IMG/VR virus record: IMGVR_UViG_3300002026_000015
Location: 1 to 64,000 of that record
Length of the DNA: 64,000 nt
Direction: 5' to 3' (one strand)
Origin: a virus
Made by a program: the position numbers and the translations under genes. Below are positions 1-9,162 of the stretch, piece after piece; within the stretch, counting starts at the first letter, position 1; every line of letters starts with the position of its first letter. The notes under the pieces are model-generated. The model did no database searches. It worked only from the letters and a program-made list of their open reading frames with translations, and had not been told where the DNA came from.

Positions 1-203
1 TCTGAATCTTTATTTTCATCAGAAACAGTATCCCACACATATAAATCTAAGAAACCAAACGTACTTATTGTGTCTCCGATTATTTCAGAAACGTTTGTCG
101 TGAAGTAATAATTAGGCATTCTCACTTCAACGTACTTTCCCTGCTTTACAATAAAACGTTTATCAGCGGTTATTTCGAAGTATCTTTTAAGATTATCATC
201 CAT
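1..203 (-). CDS. N-terminal part of a gene running off the window; possibly a split phage RNA polymerase beta'-like subunit
   Basis: Hand translation: ATG at 203 overlaps the upstream gene's stop. MDDNLKRYFEITADKRFIVKQGKYVEVRMPNYYFTTNVSEIIGDTISTFGFLDLYVW is open to the edge. The E.RMP..YF....SEIIG..I.TFG pattern recalls phiKZ-like RNAP beta' fragments (from memory). Confidence 0.4.
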   Translation of the reverse strand, partial: MDDNLKRYFEITADKRFIVKQGKYVEVRMPNYYFTTNVSEIIGDTISTFGFLDLYVWDTVSDENKDS

Positions 204-846
204 TGATATCCTCCATATCCCCGTTAACCATCACGTTTTTAATAACTTCAAGGAATTTATCTTGTTCAATGTAGTAAACCATTTGAGCAAAATTGTCATC
301 AACTTTTCTCAACGATTCATCGACATTATCACCCTTAGCAGCATATCTCACAAAGTCATCAGCTGCACAGAATTCATCACTGAATACGTATTCTGTAATG
401 AAATTCTTAGGCATCTTATCGGAAATACCATTGAAGAAATAATAATTCTTAGAAGACTTAACAAGATTCTCTTTAATAAACAAAACAAATGTTAAGTAGA
501 TATCATACAGATCTGAGAAATATGTAATTTCTCTATCCAGATCTACTACAACACCTAAACATTCTTCAAAGATCTGTATCAAACCATTTGTGAAGGTGTC
601 ATACTGAGCTTCTTTATCAGATGCTTTACATGCATCTTCAAAGTTCTCAATAGTATTATCATCACCGTCCATCGTGGTTCTTACATACTCTAGAATATAG
701 TCGGTTTCATACTTGAACTCTCCAGTAAAGTTTCCAAATTTATTACTGATTTGATCTCTAATATTATTTAGAAATACAATTTCAACACTTTCAAGACAAG
801 AATCGTCGTCAGTTGACAAAAATAATTCATCTTCGTTGTTATTCAT
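196..846 (-). CDS. acidic hypothetical protein (late)
   Basis: 216-aa ORF, GGGGAG RBS, late-type promoter at 871-882. Confidence 0.8.
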   Translation of the reverse strand: MNNNEDELFLSTDDDSCLESVEIVFLNNIRDQISNKFGNFTGEFKYETDYILEYVRTTMDGDDNTIENFEDACKASDKEAQYDTFTNGLIQIFEECLGVVVDLDREITYFSDLYDIYLTFVLFIKENLVKSSKNYYFFNGISDKMPKNFITEYVFSDEFCAADDFVRYAAKGDNVDESLRKVDDNFAQMVYYIEQDKFLEVIKNVMVNGDMEDING

Positions 847-870
847 AAACTCCCCATCATTCGATATTTA

Positions 871-882
871 CATTAAAATGTT
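871..882 (-). promoter_or_regulatory. late-type promoter AACA-N6-TG
   Basis: AACA-TTTTAA-TG on the minus strand, 25 nt upstream of the ATG; the motif recurs about 18 times. Confidence 0.65.
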
Positions 883-941
883 TACTTTAATAAGTTTGTG
901 TTAACAATGAATTGATTATATTCTTCAACTTTACATTTAGG

Positions 942-960
942 ATATATATTAATTAATGGA
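942..960 (+). promoter_or_regulatory. early-type promoter TATATT(W)A..ATG
   Basis: ATATATATTAATTAATGG upstream of the 994 ORF; recurrent motif. Confidence 0.55.
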
Positions 961-993
961 TAAAGGTTATTTAAATAATAAGGAGAGGTTATT

Positions 994-1683
994 ATGATGC
1001 AACAAAATCCTTTTAACATGTTTGGCGGCATGTTTCCTGGAATGAATGTCGGTAACATGACATTCAATTTGAATCTTGGAGCAGCTGCTGGAAATCCTAT
1101 GGCTCAACAAGGATTCTTCGCTAATCCTCAGATTTCTCAAGGGTTGGATCCTAGCATGGCACTGTCATACAATGATCGTGCAAACGTTCTTGCACTAGAC
1201 TATGACACATCTATTGAAGATAATACTTCAAAAGTTGAAGTTATTGAATCTCATGGATCTGATAAGTTTCGTTTCGAGAATGTGTATATCGATAGCGAAT
1301 ATACAATTCGTGTAAAGTCTACTCGAAGTATTAACAAACCTTCTGGGAAATATGTTCCGCTTAACGAATTCTATAAAGTATTCGAAACGTTGGATGGAGC
1401 GACTAAGGGAAATGTAGATATTCATGGAAAGATCGTTAATAGAAATGGTGAACTCCCTACAGTATTGTACGTTGCAGACTTTGCAGATATTCCAGGAAAT
1501 TGTATTGATGATATGCTTATACACGCAATGTCATTGTCTATGAAAGCGGGGTTCAATTACTTCTTCTTCATTATTGAAGAAACTGGAAGTGTTGTATTCG
1601 GTGAGCCAGAAAGATCTTTGTGCTTCAATGATAAAGGTTTGTTTAGAAAAACTATCTATCAAATCTACATTCCAAAACATTAA
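994..1683 (+). CDS. hypothetical protein with M/Q/N/G/F/P-rich low-complexity N-terminus
   Basis: 229-aa ORF, AGGAGAGG RBS, followed by a terminator. Confidence 0.8.
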   Translation: MMQQNPFNMFGGMFPGMNVGNMTFNLNLGAAAGNPMAQQGFFANPQISQGLDPSMALSYNDRANVLALDYDTSIEDNTSKVEVIESHGSDKFRFENVYIDSEYTIRVKSTRSINKPSGKYVPLNEFYKVFETLDGATKGNVDIHGKIVNRNGELPTVLYVADFADIPGNCIDDMLIHAMSLSMKAGFNYFFFIIEETGSVVFGEPERSLCFNDKGLFRKTIYQIYIPKH

Positions 1684-1686
1684 TTA

Positions 1687-1720
1687 AATAAGGTAGGGAT
1701 TACTCCCTACCTTATTTTTT
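1687..1720 (+). terminator. intrinsic terminator
   Basis: AATAAGGTAGGGA-ttac-TCCCTACCTTATT plus T tract. Confidence 0.8.
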
Positions 1721-1740
1721 GTATTAATCATAAAATCATG

Positions 1741-1818
1741 TCTATATTAAGTTATGATAGATTAGGGAAATAAGATAAGGTGTCTTATAACTCTACAACT
1801 TAAAATAAAGGATTTATC
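1741..1818 (+). promoter_or_regulatory. early promoter plus hairpin leader (partial copy of the repeated leader)
   Basis: TCTATATTAAGTTATGA then ATAAGA-taaggtg-TCTTAT hairpin and AAGGATTTATCATG start. Confidence 0.65.
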
Positions 1819-2100
1819 ATGAATAAAGAAGAACTTATTGTAAAAATGAGCTCATTTACAGGAATGAGCGTTTACCTGAGAAAATTTTCAGGCAATAATA
1901 TCGTTGGAGTTATTTCATTTCAATGGGATAAATGCGAAGGCATTTACTGTATAGGGATGGGATCCCTTACAGTTGGGTATTCAATCCGGAATGATGTTAT
2001 ATCATTCCGGGAAATATCAGGAAGATTTTCCCAATTCGGGATTACTCCTGAAGATCTCGAACAAGTAGTTCGAGATGAAATTAAGAATACCGGGGAATAA
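1819..2100 (+). CDS. hypothetical protein (single-gene early cassette)
   Basis: 93-aa ORF between the leader and a terminator. Confidence 0.75.
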   Translation: MNKEELIVKMSSFTGMSVYLRKFSGNNIVGVISFQWDKCEGIYCIGMGSLTVGYSIRNDVISFREISGRFSQFGITPEDLEQVVRDEIKNTGE

Positions 2101-2118
2101 TCCCCGGTATTTTTTTTT
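2086..2118. terminator. bidirectional terminator between convergent genes
   Basis: AATACCGGGGA-ataa-TCCCCGGTATT plus T tract. Confidence 0.8.
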
Positions 2119-2119
2119 G

Positions 2120-4225
2120 TTATGCAACGTTTCCAAATATACGATCCCAATTATTAAACACCGATTTGAAATCGTTAGTTCGATTAACTCCACGATTTTC
2201 AACATACATAGGTTTAACAACACTATTTTCGTTATCTTTAACGTTTGCAATGTTTGATCTAATATTATCAAGATCATCACTATCTTCCAGTGAATCCCCA
2301 TCAAACTCTCCAGAAACTTTATGAATTTTAGTCTTCATACCATCTCTAAAGATTTTCTTAGATGTAAGTAAATTAGACAGATCTTCAATAGAATGAATCT
2401 CATTCTGATGACTCATGAGATCATTATACTGATCTCCAATGATTCTTCTAAGTTTACTATCAGTTTTCTTTTTAGCATTACCAGAGTTTCCAATAACTCC
2501 GACCATATTACCTTTATCGAAGTCAGACAATATTTTAGACTTATCTATATACATTCCTACATCTTCCACATAAAGTAAAAAGTATAGTCCTAATAGATAT
2601 GCCATAAGTGTATCATCATGGTTTCCTGGTCTATGGTCTATTCTACCATTTCTAAGACGGATAAGTCCTGATATTTCAGAAATAATAGTTTTATCCATAA
2701 TTCTATCACCATATTCATCAACTGCAATACGAAGTAATACATTGAAGAGTATAGGGCGAATTTTCTTACTGTTGAAGATACCTGGGCGATCTGGTCCTTC
2801 ATGGTATACTCTACGAGTTCCACCAGGGATGTAACTTACGATATTATCGATAATTGCACCATTGTAGTTACGCTCAGGGAATATTACCAAGTTAGGGAAT
2901 AGATCAGTCATGATACTTATGATACCCATCGAATAAAGAGTTGTACTTTGAGAGTTAGTTCTCATTACAGCAACAACTTTAAAATTGGTAGGATCTATAA
3001 CAACTAAAGTTGAGAAGTCTCCTTTTAAGTTACCACCTAAGTCCATACCACCGATCAACTGTTTACTACAATCAAATTTGCTTAGATCAACGTATATACG
3101 CATTGCATATGTATCATTAATAATAGCGTGGTCTAATGGAGATTTAATAAGAGTATTCAATCTCTCAATACGTTCTTGACCAAGAGGGTGTTCAGTGGAA
3201 ATATCTTTCCATTTATTAAGAACTTCTCGATCTAGCGTATCTTGCGGAGTAGGAGAGTTAGCAAGACGACGTTTTTGATCATCAAGATAATTCTCATCTT
3301 TACCAAGGTCATAATACATGAAGGAAAGATCAATGAATCCTGAAGTGGAAGTATTGTTAATAATTGTTTTAACAACTTCAATTTCCATATCATAATAAGA
3401 TTCAGAGAAGTCTGCACAACTCATAAGGAATTTATAAGACCATTTGCCTTCTTCGGTATTAAGGAATCCTGCAGTAGTTGTCATGATCTGATGATAAGGA
3501 GAACCATTTTCTCTTGCGAGTTCAGATGCTTTACTATATGCGAAAGAGATACTATCGTACATTTCACCGATATAGCTAATGAACGCGATCTCGTCAAACC
3601 ACTGAGAAGGAGTTGTAAGTCCTCGACCAGCTTTTCTAGCACCATCAGGATTTCGAGCAGGAGCACGACAAGATATACGATTATCATTAGATCGATTGTA
3701 CATCTCTCTTTCATTATCTCTATCCTTCTTGCTATCATACTGATTAAGCCAATCCGGAAGATTATCTCGTATATCTTTTACACCTTGAAGGTTTTTCTTT
3801 ACAATAGCATCTTCGTGTGCAATGAATACCATTTTATTGTGGACACTTCCCCAATAATAAAGGTAATTGTATATAGTACACATAGTTGTAGTTTTATAAG
3901 CCTGTCGCGGCCATACTACAAACGCACTTATATCATTGATAACTGCCCATACTAAGGCTAATGTTCCACGATGGAACTCAAATCTTGCTACACCACCACC
4001 TGCAGGAATTCTCACAATTTCTCTGAAGAAGTACCACGGATTATTAATAATCTCATGAGTAATCATTGCCTTTTCCAATTCAGTCAATGTTTCAGAGAAT
4101 GGATCTACATGCAATAGTGCAGGATTGTCTAACCTGAGCATAAATTTATTATTCTTTACACCCATCTCACCGAGTAGATACGCCATCTTGACGGCAGAAT
4201 CATTCGTTGTATTAAAATGGATCAT
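2120..4225 (-). CDS. terL: terminase large subunit (jumbo-phage type)
   Basis: NPWYFFRE, Walker A-like PRQAYKTT, Walker B QWFDE, nuclease motifs GMDLGG...D, PERN and HDDTLMA. Confidence 0.92.
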   Translation of the reverse strand: MIHFNTTNDSAVKMAYLLGEMGVKNNKFMLRLDNPALLHVDPFSETLTELEKAMITHEIINNPWYFFREIVRIPAGGGVARFEFHRGTLALVWAVINDISAFVVWPRQAYKTTTMCTIYNYLYYWGSVHNKMVFIAHEDAIVKKNLQGVKDIRDNLPDWLNQYDSKKDRDNEREMYNRSNDNRISCRAPARNPDGARKAGRGLTTPSQWFDEIAFISYIGEMYDSISFAYSKASELARENGSPYHQIMTTTAGFLNTEEGKWSYKFLMSCADFSESYYDMEIEVVKTIINNTSTSGFIDLSFMYYDLGKDENYLDDQKRRLANSPTPQDTLDREVLNKWKDISTEHPLGQERIERLNTLIKSPLDHAIINDTYAMRIYVDLSKFDCSKQLIGGMDLGGNLKGDFSTLVVIDPTNFKVVAVMRTNSQSTTLYSMGIISIMTDLFPNLVIFPERNYNGAIIDNIVSYIPGGTRRVYHEGPDRPGIFNSKKIRPILFNVLLRIAVDEYGDRIMDKTIISEISGLIRLRNGRIDHRPGNHDDTLMAYLLGLYFLLYVEDVGMYIDKSKILSDFDKGNMVGVIGNSGNAKKKTDSKLRRIIGDQYNDLMSHQNEIHSIEDLSNLLTSKKIFRDGMKTKIHKVSGEFDGDSLEDSDDLDNIRSNIANVKDNENSVVKPMYVENRGVNRTNDFKSVFNNWDRIFGNVA

Positions 4226-4256
4226 TTACATAACTCCCCAGTTTCTGTAATAACTA

Positions 4257-4268
4257 CATTAAGATGTC
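4257..4268 (-). promoter_or_regulatory. late-type promoter GACA-N6-TG
   Basis: GACA-TCTTAA-TG upstream of terL. Confidence 0.6.
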
Positions 4269-4365
4269 TATATTAAGTTATGACAAAGTCGGATATAAGA
4301 TAAGATTTCTTATACTTCGCAAAATTTTTCTATGGTTCAAAGTAACCAGGAACGGATTTATTATG
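4267..4365 (+). repeat. conserved ~100-bp early promoter/structured leader, copy A
   Basis: About 90% identical to 26481-26579 (8 substitutions and 2 indels by hand count); 32 nt identical to 49456-49487. Confidence 0.9.
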
Positions 4366-4701
4366 ACTACTCTTACAACAACTGAGCCTGTATCTAAATT
4401 TTCTCTCACTATCGCTGATTTTAAGGCAAATAATGTTGACATGATATGGCAGCAGGAATGTATATTTAACGGGGAACTTACCCCGGTTAAATATAAGGTT
4501 ATTGTGGATGATGAGTACAAATTGAAGTTAACATTATCGTTCCCCGATCTTGGGGAATCACTTACAATGAACCTAACAGATATTCATGAGGAGTATCCAG
4601 AAAATGATAATGGGGAAACCCATTATGAAGATCAGATGGGAAGCTTCATCGTGAATGTAAAGCTTACCGATGAAGTTATTTACTTTACAATCTATAAATA
4701 A
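4363..4701 (+). CDS. hypothetical acidic protein (single-gene early cassette)
   Basis: Start reassigned to ATG 4363 after the conserved leader and RBS; ends before a terminator. Confidence 0.75.
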   Translation: MTTLTTTEPVSKFSLTIADFKANNVDMIWQQECIFNGELTPVKYKVIVDDEYKLKLTLSFPDLGESLTMNLTDIHEEYPENDNGETHYEDQMGSFIVNVKLTDEVIYFTIYK

Positions 4702-4719
4702 GATTGTAAAGTAAATAGA

Positions 4720-4749
4720 AAGAGGAGGGAATTAACCCTCCTCTTTTTT
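4720..4749. terminator. bidirectional terminator
   Basis: AAGAGGAGGG-aattaa-CCCTCCTCTT plus T tract. Confidence 0.8.
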
Positions 4750-4750
4750 G

Positions 4751-5362
4751 TTATAATTCGGATAATAATCTTTTAAACATATTTAAATTATGTTTTTCAA
4801 GACTAGACATCGATTGTTTAAATTTTTCATAATCTTTTCCAAATGTTAAACATTTGAATTTATAAAAATTAGTTTTAACAAACAATCTCCCAATGAATTG
4901 AGCTTTCGCTGTTTCAGATATGATAATTGAAGTATTATGCAAACTATCTTTAATTCTAGAATTTTCAACTTCAACTACACTCTTATCTAAAGATTCATAT
5001 CTCCCAATTATCATTTTAATAATTTTCAATATTTTAGATTTATCATCAATTTTATCAAAATTATAATCCGTAAATGGAATTATACGATCTTTATCATCAG
5101 AATCATAACCTGTAATATCTGCGATAGTTTCGGAAAAGTCTTTAAAATTCTCACGATTTCCATCTCGCTTATAGTATTCAAAATCTTCACGATCAATACC
5201 ATTTACCGAATTTATAAAACTTCGAATATTATCACTGTAGGTCGATATTACATCTTCATAGATATCATAAATCTTGAAATCATCATATTTATTTAAGATT
5301 TTTTCAAGTTTATGATTATCTAGAAGTTTTTTAATGAAGTCGCCTGCAGCCGACTCTACTGA
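4751..5362 (-). CDS. -1 frame extension (203 aa) of the 714-aa protein, probably reached by programmed frameshift
   Basis: Frame is open from 5362 to 4751 with no ATG/GTG/TTG until 5029; slippery heptamer at 5368-5362. Confidence 0.7.
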   Translation of the reverse strand, partial: SVESAAGDFIKKLLDNHKLEKILNKYDDFKIYDIYEDVISTYSDNIRSFINSVNGIDREDFEYYKRDGNRENFKDFSETIADITGYDSDDKDRIIPFTDYNFDKIDDKSKILKIIKMIIGRYESLDKSVVEVENSRIKDSLHNTSIIISETAKAQFIGRLFVKTNFYKFKCLTFGKDYEKFKQSMSSLEKHNLNMFKRLLSEL

Positions 5363-5368
5363 AAATTT
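5337..5368 (-). promoter_or_regulatory. -1 ribosomal frameshift signal (slippery heptamer plus hairpin)
   Basis: A AAU UUU, 5-nt spacer CAGUA, then GAGUCG-gcugcagg-CGACUU stem-loop. Confidence 0.7.
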
Positions 5369-7500
5369 TCTTCACCAACACTAATTTTAAAATCGCCATT
5401 ATTCGAAGAGATTTCAGCACTCTCGATAATATCGGAAATTTTACTAATAGTAGTCTGAGCAACCTCAGCTTCATCTTCAGTCAGATTACCAGTATCTACA
5501 ACCATTGAAAGTTTAATAGATCCTTTATATGCTTCAGCAAGAGCTTCTTCATCTTCAGACTCAGCAGCAAATTTCGCATCAGAAATCAACTTATCACAAT
5601 ATGGTTTAATGTCTACTCCGAGTTTTGTATCACTCATAAACAGAGAAATCATATTCTGAGAGGTCTTAGAGAAAATGTTTCCAAATGCCCATCCACCTTG
5701 TTTGAGATCTTCAGTATCTTCGGATTCGTATGAAGTTTTAGGTCCACCACGAACGTTGAGTTTGTTTTCCATATCATTACGCATACTATACATCTTACTT
5801 GTAATAGAAGCAATGTAGCGAACAAGACGGTAAACTGTACCCATACCTGTGATACGTCCACGAATATTCATGAATTTATCAAAGAGGCCGCTTTTATTTA
5901 CGATATCTTTAATATCTCCCTGTCTATCATCTTCGCTTTCATTGTCCCACTCACGAGGACCATCGGTTGCAGGAGTACAACATTTACTATCAGAAGCTGA
6001 GATAAATGTGTCTTTCTGAACGCTATACAAATATCGTTCACCTTGTTCAACACCATTAACTCCGGATCTCATAATATCTTTGACAAATTCATAGTCTTTT
6101 ACAGAGATATTCTTAGATTTGTAAAGACGATCTTTGATGTCAAATACATATTTAAGAGTAAATGATCCGGAAATGATAGCTGCAACTGATTGGTAGAATT
6201 CATCGATAACTTTAGTGTAATCAGGTGCTACACTTTCGAGATATTCAAAAATTCTATTAATCTCATAACTATCATGAGTTCGATCGCCATCGAAACAACG
6301 ACTTGGAATTCCAACGAGGTTTTCAATTCCAGCGTTGAAATCTTTACTGCCGATAGACACTGATGCCAATGACACCATGAATACAATAGAATTCGACACA
6401 AGGAATTCCAACATCGCGTCATCTTGATCTTTAGGAGCAACAAAGATATTCTTTGTCATGATATCTGAAATCATAGAGTTGAATACGAAATCCATACTAC
6501 GTGATCCAGTCAATACTCCAGCATAAGTTCTTGATGCAGCATATTGAGAAGTTCTAGGATCTTCTGACCAACCAGCCTGATACAGAGGGCTATTCTTAGC
6601 GAAGAATCTCATCTTATCGGCAACGTATTGACGAGTTCCTTTGAAAGATACGTTCGAATAATATTTATTCAAACTTCCAATGGTACTTACAAAGATAGAT
6701 GTCGCAAACTTCGTACTGATAACGAAACTATCCATCATTTCAGTCAAGAAAGTTCTTGATGAAATATAACTGAGAACCTCACCTACAACAGATCTGAACA
6801 GAGTTCTAAACGTTGAAGTGTCAAGACTCTTAAGTGCTTCGCCTTGGAGTTTATTCCAAACATGGATAGTTATGATTCTATACATATCATCTTTATCGAT
6901 ATGGGTGTACACATTGATAATGTCAGATTTGTTGAGAGTCTCAACATCTTCAGGTTTATCAAGAGCTGTACGAGCCATCGGGATACAGTATGAAAGTGGT
7001 ATCAGTGTATCATCGATTTCACAATCAATTTCACGACGGATTGTAGAAAACTTATCAGATTCGCTATCACTGAACTCAACAGCTTTAAAACGTTTAAGAA
7101 GTGTAGTGAAAACGTTTTCACCCTTCTTAGGATGTCTAACATTGTCATCAAGACGATAAAAATGTTTAATCGCATCGAATCCAGGGATTACAGAATCCGC
7201 AGTAAGTTTTACATTGTTGGTAGATGCGTCAATTGGTTGAATAATTGATCCAGCTTTCAAACCATAAGATCTTCTAAGTGTATTATAACTTGAAGAGAAT
7301 GTTTTGAGAAGTTCATCATAATCCGCATCATTGACACTGTTACCACGTTCATCGCTGAGAACTTTGGTTAGCAACTCAGTGTATTCTTTAACATAATTCT
7401 GCAAAATCTGAGAGATGTTGAAGTCATAGGTATTGAAAAACCCTGTTAATGCAAACTCTCTCAGGTTGTTACTAGTCTTAGGATTTCTATCAAGATCCAT
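5356..7500 (-). CDS. large late protein, probable virion (head) protein
   Basis: 714-aa ORF, late promoter GACA-TCATAT-TG at 7531-7542, adjacent to another head-like protein. Confidence 0.7.
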   Translation of the reverse strand: MDLDRNPKTSNNLREFALTGFFNTYDFNISQILQNYVKEYTELLTKVLSDERGNSVNDADYDELLKTFSSSYNTLRRSYGLKAGSIIQPIDASTNNVKLTADSVIPGFDAIKHFYRLDDNVRHPKKGENVFTTLLKRFKAVEFSDSESDKFSTIRREIDCEIDDTLIPLSYCIPMARTALDKPEDVETLNKSDIINVYTHIDKDDMYRIITIHVWNKLQGEALKSLDTSTFRTLFRSVVGEVLSYISSRTFLTEMMDSFVISTKFATSIFVSTIGSLNKYYSNVSFKGTRQYVADKMRFFAKNSPLYQAGWSEDPRTSQYAASRTYAGVLTGSRSMDFVFNSMISDIMTKNIFVAPKDQDDAMLEFLVSNSIVFMVSLASVSIGSKDFNAGIENLVGIPSRCFDGDRTHDSYEINRIFEYLESVAPDYTKVIDEFYQSVAAIISGSFTLKYVFDIKDRLYKSKNISVKDYEFVKDIMRSGVNGVEQGERYLYSVQKDTFISASDSKCCTPATDGPREWDNESEDDRQGDIKDIVNKSGLFDKFMNIRGRITGMGTVYRLVRYIASITSKMYSMRNDMENKLNVRGGPKTSYESEDTEDLKQGGWAFGNIFSKTSQNMISLFMSDTKLGVDIKPYCDKLISDAKFAAESEDEEALAEAYKGSIKLSMVVDTGNLTEDEAEVAQTTISKISDIIESAEISSNNGDFKISVGEENFQ

Positions 7501-7593
7501 ATAACCGCCTTATTCAGATTAAAATTTCTACAATATGATGTCCATAAAGAAAAGAATTTAGTATGGGATTTCTCCCATACTAAACTATAAATA

Positions 7594-8577
7594 CTAATCT
7601 TCGGATTTATCAACATGATGGTTGATACCAAGACCTGCAAAGATAGAAGCACGACGTTTGTACTGAGAATCAACGTGTTGATAGATCTCTTTTACAAGGT
7701 CGGTAGTTCTTTCGATATCTTTCTGAACACGTTTGTACAGTGCAAGATAATCTTTTACAAGTTTGATAAGACCTTTTACAGCTTCATTCGCATTCTTATC
7801 GCCATCATATTTTGAATCAAGTTTGATAGCGTTTTCAAGACCTTTTTTGAAAATATTAGTTCTCATAAGTCCATTAATACTGTTGATCTGATACATATAT
7901 GTATCAGGCCATTTGAGAATCTCAACGATAGTATTCTTATGTTTATGCTTACCTTTTTCGGTATTCTTAACATCTTCATTATACTCTGAAGTAATTGTTT
8001 CCAATTCTTTAGAGCATTCTTTGATATCAGATATGATTTCCGAAATATTTCCGCTACTAACTCTAGATTTGAAAGATTTGAAAAGTGCTTCAACTTTCTT
8101 GTATGAAACCTTCATTCCTTCAATAGCTTCACCAACGTTTCCATTAAGATAAACACCAATGATATTATATCTATCAGTGTTAGCTTTATCTTTAAAGATT
8201 TCGTCAACGATCTTTTCAACAAGACTTGTATTTGCACGTCTGAAATAGATGTAAGGTCTATTTACATCTTTGATAGCCTCTTCAAAGTTCAAGATGAGAT
8301 CAGCAATTCGACGAACTGCAACCAAGTATGGAATCATATGTAAAATATTTACCAAGAATGCTTTAGCTGCATCAAGGAATCCCTCTTCTGAAACTTTATT
8401 TGGATCAAGATAATTCTCAAATCCAAAAAGGCTTTCCAAACCATAATACGATTTCCAAAATTCTTCTGACATTTGAATAATGTTAACGTTTTCATCAAGT
8501 TCTTCAGAATCGATAGATTTCTCTTCGAAAAGTTCTTCCATATCGTTTTCTAATGAAATTGTATCAGTCCATTCCAT
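7594..8577 (-). CDS. probable internal head protein with acidic propeptide
   Basis: 327 aa; first 65 aa acidic with SLE, SEE, SEE, GLE, GFE and SEE/GF motifs; late promoter AACA-TTGTAA-TG at 8600-8611. Confidence 0.65.
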   Translation of the reverse strand: MEWTDTISLENDMEELFEEKSIDSEELDENVNIIQMSEEFWKSYYGLESLFGFENYLDPNKVSEEGFLDAAKAFLVNILHMIPYLVAVRRIADLILNFEEAIKDVNRPYIYFRRANTSLVEKIVDEIFKDKANTDRYNIIGVYLNGNVGEAIEGMKVSYKKVEALFKSFKSRVSSGNISEIISDIKECSKELETITSEYNEDVKNTEKGKHKHKNTIVEILKWPDTYMYQINSINGLMRTNIFKKGLENAIKLDSKYDGDKNANEAVKGLIKLVKDYLALYKRVQKDIERTTDLVKEIYQHVDSQYKRRASIFAGLGINHHVDKSED

Positions 8578-8697
8578 ATAGTACTCCTTAGTAATTATAC
8601 ATTACAATGTTTCTTTAATAACAAATATGAGTATATATAACATTATGGTATGGAAAGTATATCTATACTAACAATTAAACTTTTAAGGGAGATGTTT

Positions 8698-9075
8698 ATG
8701 AAATTCGGAATCAAAAAACCAGAGATCGTTGTGAAGAAGGATTATCGAGTCGGTATCAAAATCGAGGAAGATGTGCAAGTATCGGCGATTGCAGTATTCG
8801 TGAAAAATGATAGTGGGAAAGTTGTCCCAACCGCAGATGTGTTGATATGGTTCGAAGAGCGTGATGATAAAATTGATTTCACTCTTTGGAACTTGCGGGC
8901 GGAAGCGGACTATGATATCGGAAATCTCAGACAGATTGTTTTATATGACAGATTTGTAAAATCATTGCATGGTAAAATTTTAAATAGGAGGGAATATCCC
9001 TCCTATTTTTTTTTATTTATGCGTCTCCACCTTCAACAATACTATTACATGGGGGAACTATACCACATGAAGTAA
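8698..9075 (+). CDS. hypothetical protein (early)
   Basis: GGGAG RBS before ATG 8698; the ORF runs through the terminator at 8982-9014, so the 3' end is doubtful. Confidence 0.6.
   Translation: MKFGIKKPEIVVKKDYRVGIKIEEDVQVSAIAVFVKNDSGKVVPTADVLIWFEERDDKIDFTLWNLRAEADYDIGNLRQIVLYDRFVKSLHGKILNRREYPSYFFLFMRLHLQQYYYMGELYHMK
8982..9014. terminator. terminator
   Basis: AAATAGGAGGGA-ata-TCCCTCCTATTT plus T tract. Confidence 0.7.
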
Positions 9076-9162
9076 TTATACTGTAAACGCTAACCCAAGT
9101 AACAAGGTTTACAGGTGGAATTTTACCAGTTTTATTGAAGTGTTCTCCGCACTCTACAGCAC

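Noticed and set aside
4264-4362. N-terminal extensions in the ORF track (4264, 42766, 45300, 60449, 31144, 8650)
   Set aside because: They run through promoter, leader or terminator elements; downstream ATGs have proper RBS.
5356-5358. TAG readthrough of the 714-aa gene
   Set aside because: The zero frame hits further stops within about 20 codons; only the -1 frame is open.
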